Positions 1-10,183 of a DNA stretch of 32,000 nt are shown here, one piece after another. Source of the DNA: Demequinaceae bacterium (GTDB lineage Bacteria > Actinomycetota > Actinomycetes > Actinomycetales > Demequinaceae). Within the stretch, counting starts at the first letter, position 1. The number at the start of each line of letters is the position of its first letter. The stretch lies in contig OZ252279.1 in NCBI GenBank assembly GCA_965250005.1, forward strand, positions 1,080,001 to 1,112,000, read 5' to 3'. The notes beneath the pieces are model-generated. The model was given only the letters and a program-made list of their open reading frames with translations. It searched no databases and was not told where the DNA came from. The translations under genes and the position numbers were made by a program.

Positions 1-518
1 ATGCCTGCTTCCTCAAGCTCAGCGGGGACACTGAGCACGAATCCGCGCAGCATCCACACCGTGAACGGCAGCACCGCAGCGGTGTAGATGATCGTGACGC
101 CGATGACCGTGTTGAGCATGCCAAGTGACGCGATCATCTTGTATTGGGCGATGAACAGTGCCTCGGCGGGCAGCATCTGCACAATGAGGACGACGAGCAA
201 GAATGACCGCCGGCCACGGAAGCGGAACCGAGAGATGGCGAGCGCGGCGAAAAACGCGAATACAATCGCGACCAAAACGGTGATCCCCGTAATCGCCGCA
301 GAATTTCCGAGCGCGTTGAGGAAGCCGGAACTGAAGATGACGGTTCGGAAGTTGTCGAAGTCTCCCCCGAACGGCACGAAGGTGGGTTCGAGGCGAGTAA
401 GCGTGCCCTGTGACAGGAAAGACGAATTGATCATCCAATAGACGGGGAACGCCCAGCCGAGGGCAACGGCGATCGCGAAGCCTCCAACAATGAGGCGGGT
501 CTTGGGTCGACGAATCAT
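1..518 (-). CDS. Carbohydrate ABC transporter permease, MalG-like, truncated by the left window edge
   Basis: Reverse-strand reading from ATG at 518 gives MIRRPKTRLIVGGFAIAVALGWAFPVYWMINSSF..., a MalG-type membrane permease; 4-bp ATGA overlap with the upstream permease gene. Confidence 0.85.
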   Translation of the reverse strand, partial: MIRRPKTRLIVGGFAIAVALGWAFPVYWMINSSFLSQGTLTRLEPTFVPFGGDFDNFRTVIFSSGFLNALGNSAAITGITVLVAIVFAFFAALAISRFRFRGRRSFLLVVLIVQMLPAEALFIAQYKMIASLGMLNTVIGVTIIYTAAVLPFTVWMLRGFVLSVPAELEEAG

Positions 519-1486
519 GCTTGCTCGTCCTCCTTAAGTAGCTGACGGACGTAAGCCCAACTGAGCCCGATCGTAATAAACATGACGATGATGGCTGCGG
601 CCGACGCGAGCCCGAAATCTTGGGCTCCGGTTCCGAGTTTGTAGATGTAGGTGCCAAGGAGGTCATACCGCGAGCCGAACGACCCGGCATCTTGCAGAAG
701 TGTGATCTGCGCAAAGACGCGAAGGTCCCAAATGAGTTGCAGCAGAAACACGATCGCGAGCACGGGGCGAATGATGGGCAGCATGATCAGCCGGAGCATC
801 TTCCAGCCGTTTGCGCCGTCGATCTGCGCAGCCTCCAAGATCTCTTCGTTCACCGTTGTAAATCCGGCGTAGACGGAGAACGCGACAAAGGGCACGGACG
901 CCCAGACAATGATCATCGAGGCGACCATGAAGAAACTCCACGGTTCCACGAGCCAGTCATGACCAATCATGTCTACACCCGGGATGAGGCTAAGCAGGTG
1001 GTTGAATACGCCGTTACGTTTGTCTACCAACCATGTCCACACGGTCAGTTGAGCGACGATGGGCATGGCCCAAGCCAGCAGCATGGCGATCTGAAGAGTG
1101 ATGCGGGGCACGCGCGAGACGGCGCGCATGAGAACTGCGAGGCCGATCCCGAGGGCCATGGTCACGGTGGCTGTTGCCAGTGTGAAGGCAACGGATTTGG
1201 CGGTGATAAACCAGAATTCTCCGCCCGTAATGAGTTCTACGTAGTTCTGGAAGCCGACCCACGGCGCGGGCTGGCCAAACTGTTGCGAGAGACCGAACTC
1301 TTTGAAGGAGGTCACGATCTGCCAGATGAGTGGGTAGCCGGTGCCGACCAGCAGGATAATCGAGGCGCCGATGAGCAGCAGGTACGGGGTCTTCACGCGG
1401 CGCTTTTCGTTCTTGCGGCGGTTGTTTAGATTTTCCTCGGCGGCGACATCCTTTGTGCGGGACGGGCTGGCGGTGGGAGTGCCCAT
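515..1486 (-). CDS. Carbohydrate ABC transporter permease, MalF-like
   Basis: 323 aa; multi-TM with EEILEAAQIDGANGWKMLRLIMLPIIRP, the typical EAA loop of binding-protein-dependent permeases. Confidence 0.93.
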   Translation of the reverse strand: MGTPTASPSRTKDVAAEENLNNRRKNEKRRVKTPYLLLIGASIILLVGTGYPLIWQIVTSFKEFGLSQQFGQPAPWVGFQNYVELITGGEFWFITAKSVAFTLATATVTMALGIGLAVLMRAVSRVPRITLQIAMLLAWAMPIVAQLTVWTWLVDKRNGVFNHLLSLIPGVDMIGHDWLVEPWSFFMVASMIIVWASVPFVAFSVYAGFTTVNEEILEAAQIDGANGWKMLRLIMLPIIRPVLAIVFLLQLIWDLRVFAQITLLQDAGSFGSRYDLLGTYIYKLGTGAQDFGLASAAAIIVMFITIGLSWAYVRQLLKEDEQA

Positions 1487-1542
1487 ATTCCTACTCCTCC
1501 TTCCTTGATGATGAGAGGGGAAAGTTTGGTGTATTACACCCA

Positions 1543-1575
1543 GGTCGGGCCGCGGTTTTTGGCCGCGGCCCGACC
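1543..1575 (-). promoter_or_regulatory. Strong intercistronic hairpin between SBP and permease genes
   Basis: Perfect 13-bp stem GGTCGGGCCGCGG (1543-1555) / CCGCGGCCCGACC (1563-1575) with a 7-nt loop; no U-tract on the minus strand. Confidence 0.75.
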
Positions 1576-1596
1576 CGAGATAGTTCCTCTTGGCTA

Positions 1597-2904
1597 CTAG
1601 CCGTTGAGGAGCGGGTTGATCTTTTCGTCGTACTCGCTAGCGAGGTCGGCGATGTTTCCACCGTCGGCAACCGCCTGGAAGAACTCTTCCAGGAATCCGG
1701 AGCCTTCGACGGCAGCCCATCCGGGCGCTGCCGGGGTGAGCTTCGACACGAGTGCCGTGTCCCAAGCGATCTGACGGAAGTCGTCAGTCACGAAGGACGC
1801 TTCAGCGGACGAGTTGGCCGGGCCAAGCCCGTTCTCGCCAAGCATCGCCTGGAAGTCGTCAGAGAAGATGATGCGCAGTAGTTCGCGCGCACCCTCCTGG
1901 TTCTGCGACGCAGCGGAGATACCAATGTTGGATCCACCAGCGAACACCGGCGCAAGGCCGCCGTCCACACCAGGCAGGCCATAGGCGCCATTCACAGCGT
2001 CATCCCAAGCAACCTGACCATCTTCGCCACCCTCAACGGGGACTCCGATGCAGCACTTGGCCCATGTCGGGCCCATTGCAGCAGCAGCCGGCGTACCGGT
2101 CAGCGAGCCATCGTTGATAACGAAGTAGTTGTTGGCATCAGTGTCGTTCGCAGCTGCGACCGACGCGTCAGCGAACAGAGTCTGCCATGCAGCAAGACCG
2201 TCCTGTGTGGCCGAGCTAGACAGTGCCGACGTCCAAGTGGAGCCGTCCGTCGTTGCCAGGTCTCCACCGTGGGCGAAGATCCAGGAAATGGCGTTACGCC
2301 AGTCCTGACCACCCTGGTAGATGCCACCGAGGCCCTGATCCTTAAGCGACGCGTGGACCGTAGTGACCTCGTCGAGTGTGGTCGGCACTGAAACGCCGCC
2401 AGCCTCGTAGATGTCCTTGCGGTACCACATGTTGCGCGAGCCGAAGTAGTACGGCAGCGCGTAAAGGGTGCCGTCGATCGAACCAACGTCGACGAAGGAC
2501 TGTAGGAGGTCGGAGCCTCCGAGCTCTTCGTACATGTCGCTCACATCGGCGAACGCGCCGACCGTGGTGAACGTAGGTGCCCAGGTGTTGCCAATTTCGA
2601 CAACGTCAGGCGTGTTGGCCGAGTCAGGCATTGCGGTGGTCAGACGCGCCAATGCGTCTCCCCATCCGACAGCCTCAACCGTCAGCGTCGCGCCAGTGCG
2701 GTCCGCGTATTCGGTCTCAAGGTAGGACACGAGGTCCGCAGGAGTGTCAGGTCCACCCATGAGCCACAAGGTGATGTCTTGTGCTGGGACGGGTTCGGGC
2801 GTCTCACTAGGAGTCACCTCGTCGCCGCTACCGGATGAACATCCGGCAAGGATGATTGCCCCGGCGGCCGCAGTCGCGGCCACTTTCAGCTTCATCTGCT
2901 TCAT
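1597..2904 (-). CDS. Extracellular sugar-binding lipoprotein of an ABC transporter
   Basis: Start chosen at MKQMKLKVAATAAAGAIILAGCSSG (signal peptide with lipobox LAGC); ALPYYFGSRNMWYRKDIYEAGG is typical of family 1 solute-binding proteins. The ORF-track start at 2952 adds an unlikely N-terminus. Confidence 0.92.
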   Translation of the reverse strand: MKQMKLKVAATAAAGAIILAGCSSGSGDEVTPSETPEPVPAQDITLWLMGGPDTPADLVSYLETEYADRTGATLTVEAVGWGDALARLTTAMPDSANTPDVVEIGNTWAPTFTTVGAFADVSDMYEELGGSDLLQSFVDVGSIDGTLYALPYYFGSRNMWYRKDIYEAGGVSVPTTLDEVTTVHASLKDQGLGGIYQGGQDWRNAISWIFAHGGDLATTDGSTWTSALSSSATQDGLAAWQTLFADASVAAANDTDANNYFVINDGSLTGTPAAAAMGPTWAKCCIGVPVEGGEDGQVAWDDAVNGAYGLPGVDGGLAPVFAGGSNIGISAASQNQEGARELLRIIFSDDFQAMLGENGLGPANSSAEASFVTDDFRQIAWDTALVSKLTPAAPGWAAVEGSGFLEEFFQAVADGGNIADLASEYDEKINPLLNG

Positions 2905-3088
2905 TGCGATTTCCTTTGCATTTGTATTCAATCCATGACCCTGGTGGGTCACGTCATCCTACTGTTTTCAGGAGTCAAGAGACTCCCAGTTTGTCCGTCA
3001 GGACCATAACTACAACTCCGAGAAGAACGATGTCTCCCCCAAGCGCAGTCATCCGCACCGTCAGATCGCCATGAAAATCGGCCATCGT

Positions 3089-4186
3089 TCAGTCGCGGAG
3101 CGTGTCGGCGGTCCCCGTGGAAAACGGACCGTCGACAAGCTCGAGGGGGCCGCTCAATACGACTTCCCCCAAGTTTAAGGCGCCTACTACTGGCGCGAGT
3201 GCAATGCCTAGCCGTTCGCCTGCTGCGTGGAGCAGGTTCGCTCTGGCGTCGGCGTCCGGCGCGGCAGCGAGCTTGGCTTCGAGACGCGGGATCGCGACCA
3301 AGGTCTCGATGCAACCCTTCTTGCCGCAGGCGCAATCGTCGCCACCGTCGGTGCCAACTACGACGTGGCCAATCTCACCGGCGGCGAAAGAAGCACCGAA
3401 CACCGGGGAGCCGTCGGTGACGATTCCCGAACCGAGACCGCGGCCTATACGCACAAGCATCATGTCCGCGTTGCCGCCGCCAAAGGTCCGCTCGCCGAGC
3501 GCGGCGGTGTTGGCGTCGTTGGCGACTCGTACTGCGAAACCCGTACGTTCAGCGAGCAGGCGCTGCAGCGGCACGTCGAACCAGCCTAGGTTCGGGGCAG
3601 ACAACACTGTTCCAGACAGGTCGACCACACCCGGAGAGCCGACGCCCACGCCGAGCACCGGTTTGGTGGTCGAGGCGACGAGGCGGTCGAGCAGTTCGGC
3701 AACTGCGTCGATGGCGCGGTCCCCGGTGGTGCCATCCACCTCGACGCTGTCGTGGTGGGAGATGCGGCCGTCTAGGTCTATGACCGCGCCGCTGAACTGG
3801 GTTGAGGAAGACAAGTCGAGGCCGATGATCGCAAAACCACGGCGGTTGATGTCGAGCATTGTCGCTGGCTTGCCGGGGCGAGAGTCGGCGCGGCGGCCGA
3901 ACTCAATCACGAGATCTTCATTGATCAACTGCGCAACGAGATCGGAGATAGTGACGCGCGTGAGACCCACTTCGCGTGCGAGGTCTGCGCGGCTGAGGCC
4001 CTTAGAGCGGTAGAGGGCCTGAAGTACGAGGACGCGATTGTGGCTGCGTGCGTTCTCGGGAAGAACGCGGCTACCGGCCTTCACGCTTGACGCGAATACC
4101 TTGGATCGCACCGGCGTCGCGGAGCCTGCAATTAACTGTTGGACGCCGCCAAGGGCAGGACGCCCTTGCGCTTCCCCGTTGATCAT
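3089..4186 (-). CDS. ROK family transcriptional regulator
   Basis: N-terminal HTH (GLSRADLAREVGLTRVTISDLVAQLINEDLV), ROK sugar-kinase-like domain, and CACGKKGCIET zinc-binding motif. Confidence 0.93.
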   Translation of the reverse strand: MINGEAQGRPALGGVQQLIAGSATPVRSKVFASSVKAGSRVLPENARSHNRVLVLQALYRSKGLSRADLAREVGLTRVTISDLVAQLINEDLVIEFGRRADSRPGKPATMLDINRRGFAIIGLDLSSSTQFSGAVIDLDGRISHHDSVEVDGTTGDRAIDAVAELLDRLVASTTKPVLGVGVGSPGVVDLSGTVLSAPNLGWFDVPLQRLLAERTGFAVRVANDANTAALGERTFGGGNADMMLVRIGRGLGSGIVTDGSPVFGASFAAGEIGHVVVGTDGGDDCACGKKGCIETLVAIPRLEAKLAAAPDADARANLLHAAGERLGIALAPVVGALNLGEVVLSGPLELVDGPFSTGTADTLRD

Positions 4187-4190
4187 GTTT

Positions 4191-4213
4191 GTTAGTGAAA
4201 CTTACCAACTAAC
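4191..4213. promoter_or_regulatory. Putative ROK operator
   Basis: Inverted repeat GTTAGT-N11-ACTAAC overlapping the predicted -10 and spacer of the ROK gene. Confidence 0.5.
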
Positions 4214-4222
4214 CGTCGTCAA
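4194..4222 (-). promoter_or_regulatory. Putative leaderless promoter of the ROK regulator
   Basis: Minus strand: -35 TTGACG (4217-4222), exactly 17 nt, -10 TTCACT (4194-4199), then 7 nt (AACAAAC) to the ATG at 4186. Confidence 0.5.
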
Positions 4223-4306
4223 GCCCGATCTACCCCAATGCCTATAAAGTTACGCGGTTGTGACCTTGCGAGGCGTAACTCGGAATATGCCCAACGCACG
4301 TCCGAT

Positions 4307-5293
4307 CTAAAGGAGCCCAAGCTCCTTGACGGCATCGCGCTCCTCGGCGAGTTCCGCGACCGAGGCGTCGATCTTGCCACGCGCGTAGTCGTCGATCTCG
4401 AGTCCCTGAACGATTTCCCAGGCTCCACCCTTAGAGACTGCGGGGAACGACGAGATAAGTCCATCGGGTACGCCGTAGGAGCCGTCCGAGGGCAGCGCCA
4501 CCGAGGTCCACTCGCCGTTCGGGGTGCCGTTAGTCCAGTTGTTGACGTGTTCCATCGCCGCGTTCGCTGCCGAGGCGGCGGAGGAAGCGCCGCGAGCCTC
4601 AATTATCGCCGCGCCGCGCTTGGCAACGACGGGAACGAACTCGTCCCTAACCCAGTCCTGGTCGTTGATGACTCCCGGCGCAGGCTTGCCGCCGATGGTC
4701 GCGTGGGCAATGTCCGGGTACTGCTTGGCAGAGTGGTTGCCCCAGATGATCACGTTCTTCACGCCAACCACCGGTGACCCTGACTTGGCCGCGAGCTGCC
4801 CCAATGCGCGGTTGTGGTCAAGGCGCGTCATCGCATTGAACCGTTCGGACGGCACATCGGGCGCGTTTGACGCGGCGATGAGGGCATTGGTGTTCGCTGG
4901 GTTCCCAACCACCAGTATCCGTACGTCGTCCGCCGCCCCTGCGTTGATCGCGGCTCCCTGCGGTCCGAAGATGCCGCCGTTGGCCTCGAGCAGGTCAGCA
5001 CGCTCCATTCCGGGGCCGCGTGGCCGCGCCCCCACGAGCAGGCCAACATTCGCTCCATCGAAAGCTGCGGTGGCGTCATCGTAGATGTCCACGCAAGACA
5101 ACAGCGGGAATGCGCAATCCTCAAGCTCCATCGCAGTGCCCTCGGCCGCTTTGATAGCCGGCGTGATCTCGAGCAGGCGCAGGTTGACAGGGACCTCGGG
5201 CCCCAGCAGTTGACCTGACGCGACGCGAAACAATAGCGCATAGCCGATCTGACCGGCGGCGCCGGTCACCGTGACGTTTACGGGTGCTGTCAT
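4307..5293 (-). CDS. mdh: Malate dehydrogenase
   Basis: [31 protein letters not shown]...; [12 protein letters not shown] and [15 protein letters not shown] motifs; start at 5293 preceded by GGAGG. Confidence 0.97.
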   Translation of the reverse strand: MTAPVNVTVTGAAGQIGYALLFRVASGQLLGPEVPVNLRLLEITPAIKAAEGTAMELEDCAFPLLSCVDIYDDATAAFDGANVGLLVGARPRGPGMERADLLEANGGIFGPQGAAINAGAADDVRILVVGNPANTNALIAASNAPDVPSERFNAMTRLDHNRALGQLAAKSGSPVVGVKNVIIWGNHSAKQYPDIAHATIGGKPAPGVINDQDWVRDEFVPVVAKRGAAIIEARGASSAASAANAAMEHVNNWTNGTPNGEWTSVALPSDGSYGVPDGLISSFPAVSKGGAWEIVQGLEIDDYARGKIDASVAELAEERDAVKELGLL

Positions 5294-5319
5294 GATGCTG
5301 CCTCCAGAGGTAGGGCGGG

Positions 5320-6537
5320 TTACGCGAGCCGTGCGGACAAGTTGGTGTCGAGCGCGCCCAGGAACTCCTGGGTGGTGAGCCACTCTTGGTCGCGCCCAAC
5401 GAGCAGTGCGAGGTCCTTTGTCATCTGCCCGCACTCGACGGTTTTGATGATGACATCCTCGAGGGTCTCAGCGAAGCCGGTGACTTCAGGCTGAGAGTCC
5501 AACTTGCCTCGGTGCTTGAGCCCGCCAGTCCACGCAAAAATGGATGCGATGGGGTTGGTCGAGGTTGGGTTGCCCTGCTGGTGCTCACGATAGTGGCGGG
5601 TCACTGTGCCGTGCGCTGCCTCGGCCTCGACCGTCTTGCCGTCTGGCGTCATCAGCACAGACGTCATGAGGCCAAGCGAGCCGAAGCCCTGCGCGACCGT
5701 GTCGGATTGGACGTCGCCGTCGTAGTTCTTGCAGGCCCAGACGTAGCCGCCCTCCCACTTCATTGCGGCAGCGACCATGTCATCGATCAGGCGGTGCTCG
5801 TACGTGATTCCCGCTTTGTTGAACTGGTCCTTGAACTCCGTGTCAAATATGTGTTGAAAGATGTCCTTGAACGCGCCATCGTATGCCTTGAGGATGGTGT
5901 TCTTGGTGGACATGTAGACGGGGTAGCCCCGCTGCAGGCCGTACGCGAGCGAGGCGCGAGCGAAGTCAGCGATCGACTCGTTGAAATTGTACATGCCCAT
6001 GATGACGCCGCCGTCCTCTGGCATCTGCACAATCTCCATCTCGACTGGAGCGGAGCCGTCCTTGGGCGTGTAGGTCATGGTCACTGTGCCAGCGCCGGGT
6101 ACCTTGTAGTCCGTCGCGCGGTACTGGTCGCCGTGAGCGTGACGACCGATGATGATCGGCTTGGTCCACCCCGGTACCAGGCGGGGAATGTTCGAGATGA
6201 TGATCGGCTCGCGGAACACCACGCCACCCAGAATGTTGCGGATGGTTCCGTTGGGCGACCTCCACATCTTCTTCAGGCCGAACTCCTCGACGCGCGCTTC
6301 GTCGGGCGTGATGGTGGCGCACTTGACGCCCACCCCGTGCTCCCTAATTGCATTAGCAGCGTCGACGGTGATCTGGTCATCAGACTGATCGCGCGAGACC
6401 ATGCCCAGGTCGTAGTAGCGCAGGTCCACGTCAAGATACGGGCTGATCAGGCGGTCCTTGATGAACTGCCAAATAATCCGGGTCATCTCGTCCCCGTCGA
6501 GCTCAACTACCGGACCATCAACCTTGATCTTCGCCAT
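5320..6537 (-). CDS. icd: Isocitrate dehydrogenase (NADP+), monodomain eukaryote-like type
   Basis: [31 protein letters not shown]...; [35 protein letters not shown]; RBS AAAGGAG upstream. Confidence 0.97.
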   Translation of the reverse strand: MAKIKVDGPVVELDGDEMTRIIWQFIKDRLISPYLDVDLRYYDLGMVSRDQSDDQITVDAANAIREHGVGVKCATITPDEARVEEFGLKKMWRSPNGTIRNILGGVVFREPIIISNIPRLVPGWTKPIIIGRHAHGDQYRATDYKVPGAGTVTMTYTPKDGSAPVEMEIVQMPEDGGVIMGMYNFNESIADFARASLAYGLQRGYPVYMSTKNTILKAYDGAFKDIFQHIFDTEFKDQFNKAGITYEHRLIDDMVAAAMKWEGGYVWACKNYDGDVQSDTVAQGFGSLGLMTSVLMTPDGKTVEAEAAHGTVTRHYREHQQGNPTSTNPIASIFAWTGGLKHRGKLDSQPEVTGFAETLEDVIIKTVECGQMTKDLALLVGRDQEWLTTQEFLGALDTNLSARLA

Positions 6538-6693
6538 GAATCTGTCTCCTTTAGGGCGCGCGCCAGTGATAGACCTACGTTAGTCCACCCGGAAGGGGGC
6601 GGATGCGCGGCCAGATTGTTCACCCTTGCGACTGGTTGACGTGGCAGGATATGCCGAGAGGCGAACTGATCGCCGCAAACAGAACGGAATTCC

Positions 6694-7566
6694 ATGGCAA
6701 CGAAGCCCACACCCGCGGCTGGCGCGAAGAAGAAGCCCGCAGCAAAATCCAAGGCAACCGCCAAGTTCGAAGAGGACATGGCCAAGTCGTCCTTCTCTGC
6801 CGCCGACGCAGCCGGCTCGACCATCGCCGGCCGCCTGATCGCCGAGTTCATCGGAACGTTCATCCTCATGATTATGGGGCTGGGCACCGCGATGCTTGCG
6901 GCGCTGGTCATTCCGTCCGTCGCGCCACTCGCGGTCGCGGCAGCGTTTGCCGTTACGCTCGTCGCTCTCATCGTGGCGGCCGGCCACGTGTCCGGAGCCC
7001 ACTTCAACCCGGGCGTGACAATTGGCGCGTGGATCGCGGGTCGATTTGCGGGTCGCGACGTGCTCCTCTATATCGCGGTTCAGGTCCTAGGCGCCGTCAC
7101 GGCAGTGACCACACTCAAGACGATCATGAGTAGCCACCCGAATATCGACGCGGGGGCGGGATCAACTCAAAGCGTAGATCTTGTGCAAGCCATCGCAATC
7201 ACGCACGGTGATAGTTCGCCCCTCGGGTTCGGCTTGGGTGCAGCTCTGGCTGTCGAGTTCCTGGTTGCCGGCCTCTTGGTGGCCGCAGTGCTGAGCGCAA
7301 CGTCCAAGCGCGCTCCGAAAGGGCAGGCTCCCTTCACTATCGGCATGACGCTCGGAATCCTCGTGCTCTTCGCGATTCCCGTGACCAACGGTTCGGTGAA
7401 TCCCGCCCGCGCCACGGCAACGTGGCTGCTCGGTGACGACCGGAGCTGGGAGCAGTTCTGGCCGTGGTGGGTTGCGGCTCTTGCTGCCGGCGCCTTCGTG
7501 GGACTCATGTACCGGGCGTTCGGGCCGGAAGAGGACCTAGTCGAAGTCACTGACTCCGACAATTAA
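6694..7566 (+). CDS. MIP/aquaporin-family channel
   Basis: 290 aa; two NPA/NPV-like boxes, SGAHFNPGVTIG and VTNGSVNPARATATWL, in an MIP-fold pattern. Confidence 0.85.
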   Translation: MATKPTPAAGAKKKPAAKSKATAKFEEDMAKSSFSAADAAGSTIAGRLIAEFIGTFILMIMGLGTAMLAALVIPSVAPLAVAAAFAVTLVALIVAAGHVSGAHFNPGVTIGAWIAGRFAGRDVLLYIAVQVLGAVTAVTTLKTIMSSHPNIDAGAGSTQSVDLVQAIAITHGDSSPLGFGLGAALAVEFLVAGLLVAAVLSATSKRAPKGQAPFTIGMTLGILVLFAIPVTNGSVNPARATATWLLGDDRSWEQFWPWWVAALAAGAFVGLMYRAFGPEEDLVEVTDSDN

Positions 7567-7578
7567 GACGCGCATGAT

Positions 7579-7609
7579 CGAGACCGGTCGACGGCGTCGG
7601 CCGGTCTCG
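7579..7609. terminator. Bidirectional terminator-like hairpin between convergent genes
   Basis: CGAGACCGG (7579-7587) pairs with CCGGTCTCG (7601-7609); inner CGAC/GTCG extends it to about 14 bp with one GU wobble and a GGC loop. Confidence 0.65.
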
Positions 7610-7635
7610 CTTGCGCCTCGGGCCACGCGACCGAT

Positions 7636-7932
7636 CTAACCGAGCGCGGCGGTCGCCGCAAGAAACCCGAGCCCCGCGCCAAGAACCAGCAGAATCGTGA
7701 CGTCCACGAATCGGCGACGGACAGCAAGCGGAGAGTTCTCGGGAATCCAGACTCGCGCGGCTGCTGCCGCCACACACAGACCCGCGAGCGTCCACACCCC
7801 TGCGGCCGGGCTGCCCCAGACCGCGACGAGGACTCCTGCTGCGACCACCCCGAGCGCAGCCCAACTGAGCCGCGACGGAGGCGACTGATACGGGGTGCGG
7901 TCCGCGGGCTCGGCGGGCGTGTTGGTTGACAT
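7636..7932 (-). CDS. Small membrane protein, DUF3017-like
   Basis: 98 aa with three predicted hydrophobic segments, next to purH as in many Actinobacteria. Confidence 0.65.
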   Translation of the reverse strand: MSTNTPAEPADRTPYQSPPSRLSWAALGVVAAGVLVAVWGSPAAGVWTLAGLCVAAAAARVWIPENSPLAVRRRFVDVTILLVLGAGLGFLAATAALG

Positions 7933-7936
7933 GCGG

Positions 7937-9496
7937 CTAGTGGAAGAAGTGACGGGTGCCGGTGAGGTACAGCGTGATGCCGGCAGACTGGGCTGCGGCA
8001 GTCACCTCGTCATCACGAACCGACCCGCCTGGTTGGACGATCGCAGCGACGCCCGCGTTCGCGAGCACTTCGAGCCCGTCGGCGAACGGGAAGAAGGCGT
8101 CTGACGCTGCCACGGCACCGCGAGCGCGTTCCTCTCCCGCGCGCTCGACGGCGAGCTTGCACGAGTCCACGCGGTTGACTTGTCCCATCCCTACCCCGAC
8201 GGACGCGCCGTTTTTGGCAAGGAGGATCGCATTCGACTTGACCGCGCGGCACGCGCGCCACGCGAATACCAGGTCCGCTAGTGCGGCTTCGTTTGCCGCC
8301 ACGCCCGTCGCGAGCGTCCACGTGAACGGGTCGTCGCCGTCTGCGTGGAGACGGTCAGCGTACTGAAGTAGCAGTCCGCCCGTAACCGGGCGCATCTCGA
8401 CCCCACCGCGGCTGCCCTCGACTACGAGGAGTCGCACGTTTTTCTTGGCCTGCAGGATCGCGAGAGCCTCGGGTTCGAACGACGGCGCGACCACGACCTC
8501 GGTGAACACCTTGGCGATCTGCTCGGCTGCTGCGGCCGTGAGTTCGCGGTTGGTGGCAATGACGCCGCCAAACGCGGACACCGGATCGCACGCGTGTGCG
8601 CGTTCGTGCGCCTGCGCGACGCTGTCCCCGACGGCGATGCCGCAGGGGTTTGCGTGCTTGATGATGGCGACGGCGGTCTGCTCGTGGTCGTGCGCCGCGC
8701 GCCAGGCGGCATCGGCGTCCACATAATTGTTGTACGACATTTCCTTGCCGTGAAGCTGAGTGGCGTTGGCGACGCCCTCTCCCCCATACTCGTTCACGAA
8801 CAACGCCGCTGGCTGGTGAGGGTTCTCCCCGTACCGCAGCGACGCGCGGCGAGTGGCGCTCCACGCGACCCACGCGGGGAAGCCGGTTCCCTCGTCATCC
8901 TTAGCAACCACGTTGCCCATCCACGACGCGACCTGGATGTCATAGCTCGCGGTGTGGCGGAACGCCTCGACTGCGAGCGCTTGGCGCTCCGCGAGCGTGA
9001 AGCCGCCGGCTGCGATTGCGGCGAGTACCGCGCCGTACTCGTCAGGGTTCACGACGATCGCGACGCTCGGGTGGTTCTTCGCCGCGCCACGAACCATTGA
9101 CGGTCCGCCGATGTCAATCTGCTCGATCACGTCGTCTGAGGATGCGCCCGAGGCAACCGTCTGGGCAAAGGGGTAGAGGTTGGAAACCACCAGGTCGAAC
9201 GGCTCGATCTCAAGACTCGCGAGCTGCGACACGTGGGACTCGAGGCGGCGGTCCGCGAGGATACCCGCATGGACCTTGGGGTGGAGAGTCTTGACCCGCC
9301 CATCGAGGCACTCGGGGAATCCGGTGAGGTCTTCAACTTTGAGCACGTCGATCCCGGCATCGGAGATACGCTGCGCCGTCGAGCCGGTTGACACCAGGGC
9401 GACGCCCGCGGCGGCCAAGCCAGCCGCAAACTCCTCGATCCCCGTCTTGTCGTACACAGATATTAGGGCCCGGCGCACGGGCTGCCGCTCACTCAT
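7937..9496 (-). CDS. purH: Bifunctional AICAR formyltransferase / IMP cyclohydrolase
   Basis: [15 protein letters not shown]..., [46 protein letters not shown] motifs. Confidence 0.98.
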   Translation of the reverse strand: MSERQPVRRALISVYDKTGIEEFAAGLAAAGVALVSTGSTAQRISDAGIDVLKVEDLTGFPECLDGRVKTLHPKVHAGILADRRLESHVSQLASLEIEPFDLVVSNLYPFAQTVASGASSDDVIEQIDIGGPSMVRGAAKNHPSVAIVVNPDEYGAVLAAIAAGGFTLAERQALAVEAFRHTASYDIQVASWMGNVVAKDDEGTGFPAWVAWSATRRASLRYGENPHQPAALFVNEYGGEGVANATQLHGKEMSYNNYVDADAAWRAAHDHEQTAVAIIKHANPCGIAVGDSVAQAHERAHACDPVSAFGGVIATNRELTAAAAEQIAKVFTEVVVAPSFEPEALAILQAKKNVRLLVVEGSRGGVEMRPVTGGLLLQYADRLHADGDDPFTWTLATGVAANEAALADLVFAWRACRAVKSNAILLAKNGASVGVGMGQVNRVDSCKLAVERAGEERARGAVAASDAFFPFADGLEVLANAGVAAIVQPGGSVRDDEVTAAAQSAGITLYLTGTRHFFH

Positions 9497-10134
9497 TGCT
9501 TGCCTTTCTCGTTCGCGCCGATGCGCACGACGCGACCATCGACCTTCCAGCCTTGGCGCACCATCTGCCCGATGGTATCTACCACGAGTTCACGTTCAAC
9601 ACTCTTTATACGCTCGTGCAGCGACTCCTCGGTGTCATCGTCTTGCACGTCGACGGAGGCTTGCGCGAGAATCGGCCCGGTGTCGACTCCTGCATCCACG
9701 ATCATTACAGTGCAGCCGGTCACCCTCGCGCCCCCCGCGAGCGCGTCGCGGACGCCGTGCGCCCCAGGGTACGCGGGTAGGAGCGCAGGGTGAGTGTTGA
9801 CGATGCGGCCCTCATAGCTGGCCAGCATGGGCGCGCCGAGGATCTTCATAAACCCGGCACAGCAGACAAGGTCGGGCGCGAAGGCGGCCACGGTCTTCGC
9901 GATGGCCCGGTCCCACGCCTCACGATTGGGAAAGTCCGCTAACGCGACTACCGCGGTCGGGACTCCTGCTGCCTTGGCGATGTCGAGGCCGGCGGCATCG
10001 ACGCGATCGGAAACTACTGCGGAGATCCGGGCGCCGTACGCAGGATCGTGGGTCGCGGCGAGCAAGGCGGCCATCGTGGAGCCTTGGCCGGATAGGAGGA
10101 CGACGAGCGACTGAGGGCTGGGTGCGCTTGTCAC
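9493..10134 (-). CDS. purN: Phosphoribosylglycinamide formyltransferase
   Basis: [49 protein letters not shown] motifs; 4-bp overlap with purH. Confidence 0.97.
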   Translation of the reverse strand: MTSAPSPQSLVVLLSGQGSTMAALLAATHDPAYGARISAVVSDRVDAAGLDIAKAAGVPTAVVALADFPNREAWDRAIAKTVAAFAPDLVCCAGFMKILGAPMLASYEGRIVNTHPALLPAYPGAHGVRDALAGGARVTGCTVMIVDAGVDTGPILAQASVDVQDDDTEESLHERIKSVERELVVDTIGQMVRQGWKVDGRVVRIGANEKGKQ

Positions 10135-10183
10135 AACGCGAGCCTATCGGCATGCTTGGAACCTCACCTACGCAAGGACTCTC

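Noticed and set aside
8355-8873. Shadow ORFs inside purH
   Set aside because: purH is unambiguous on the minus strand, and the plus/minus alternatives are out-of-frame translations of its motifs.
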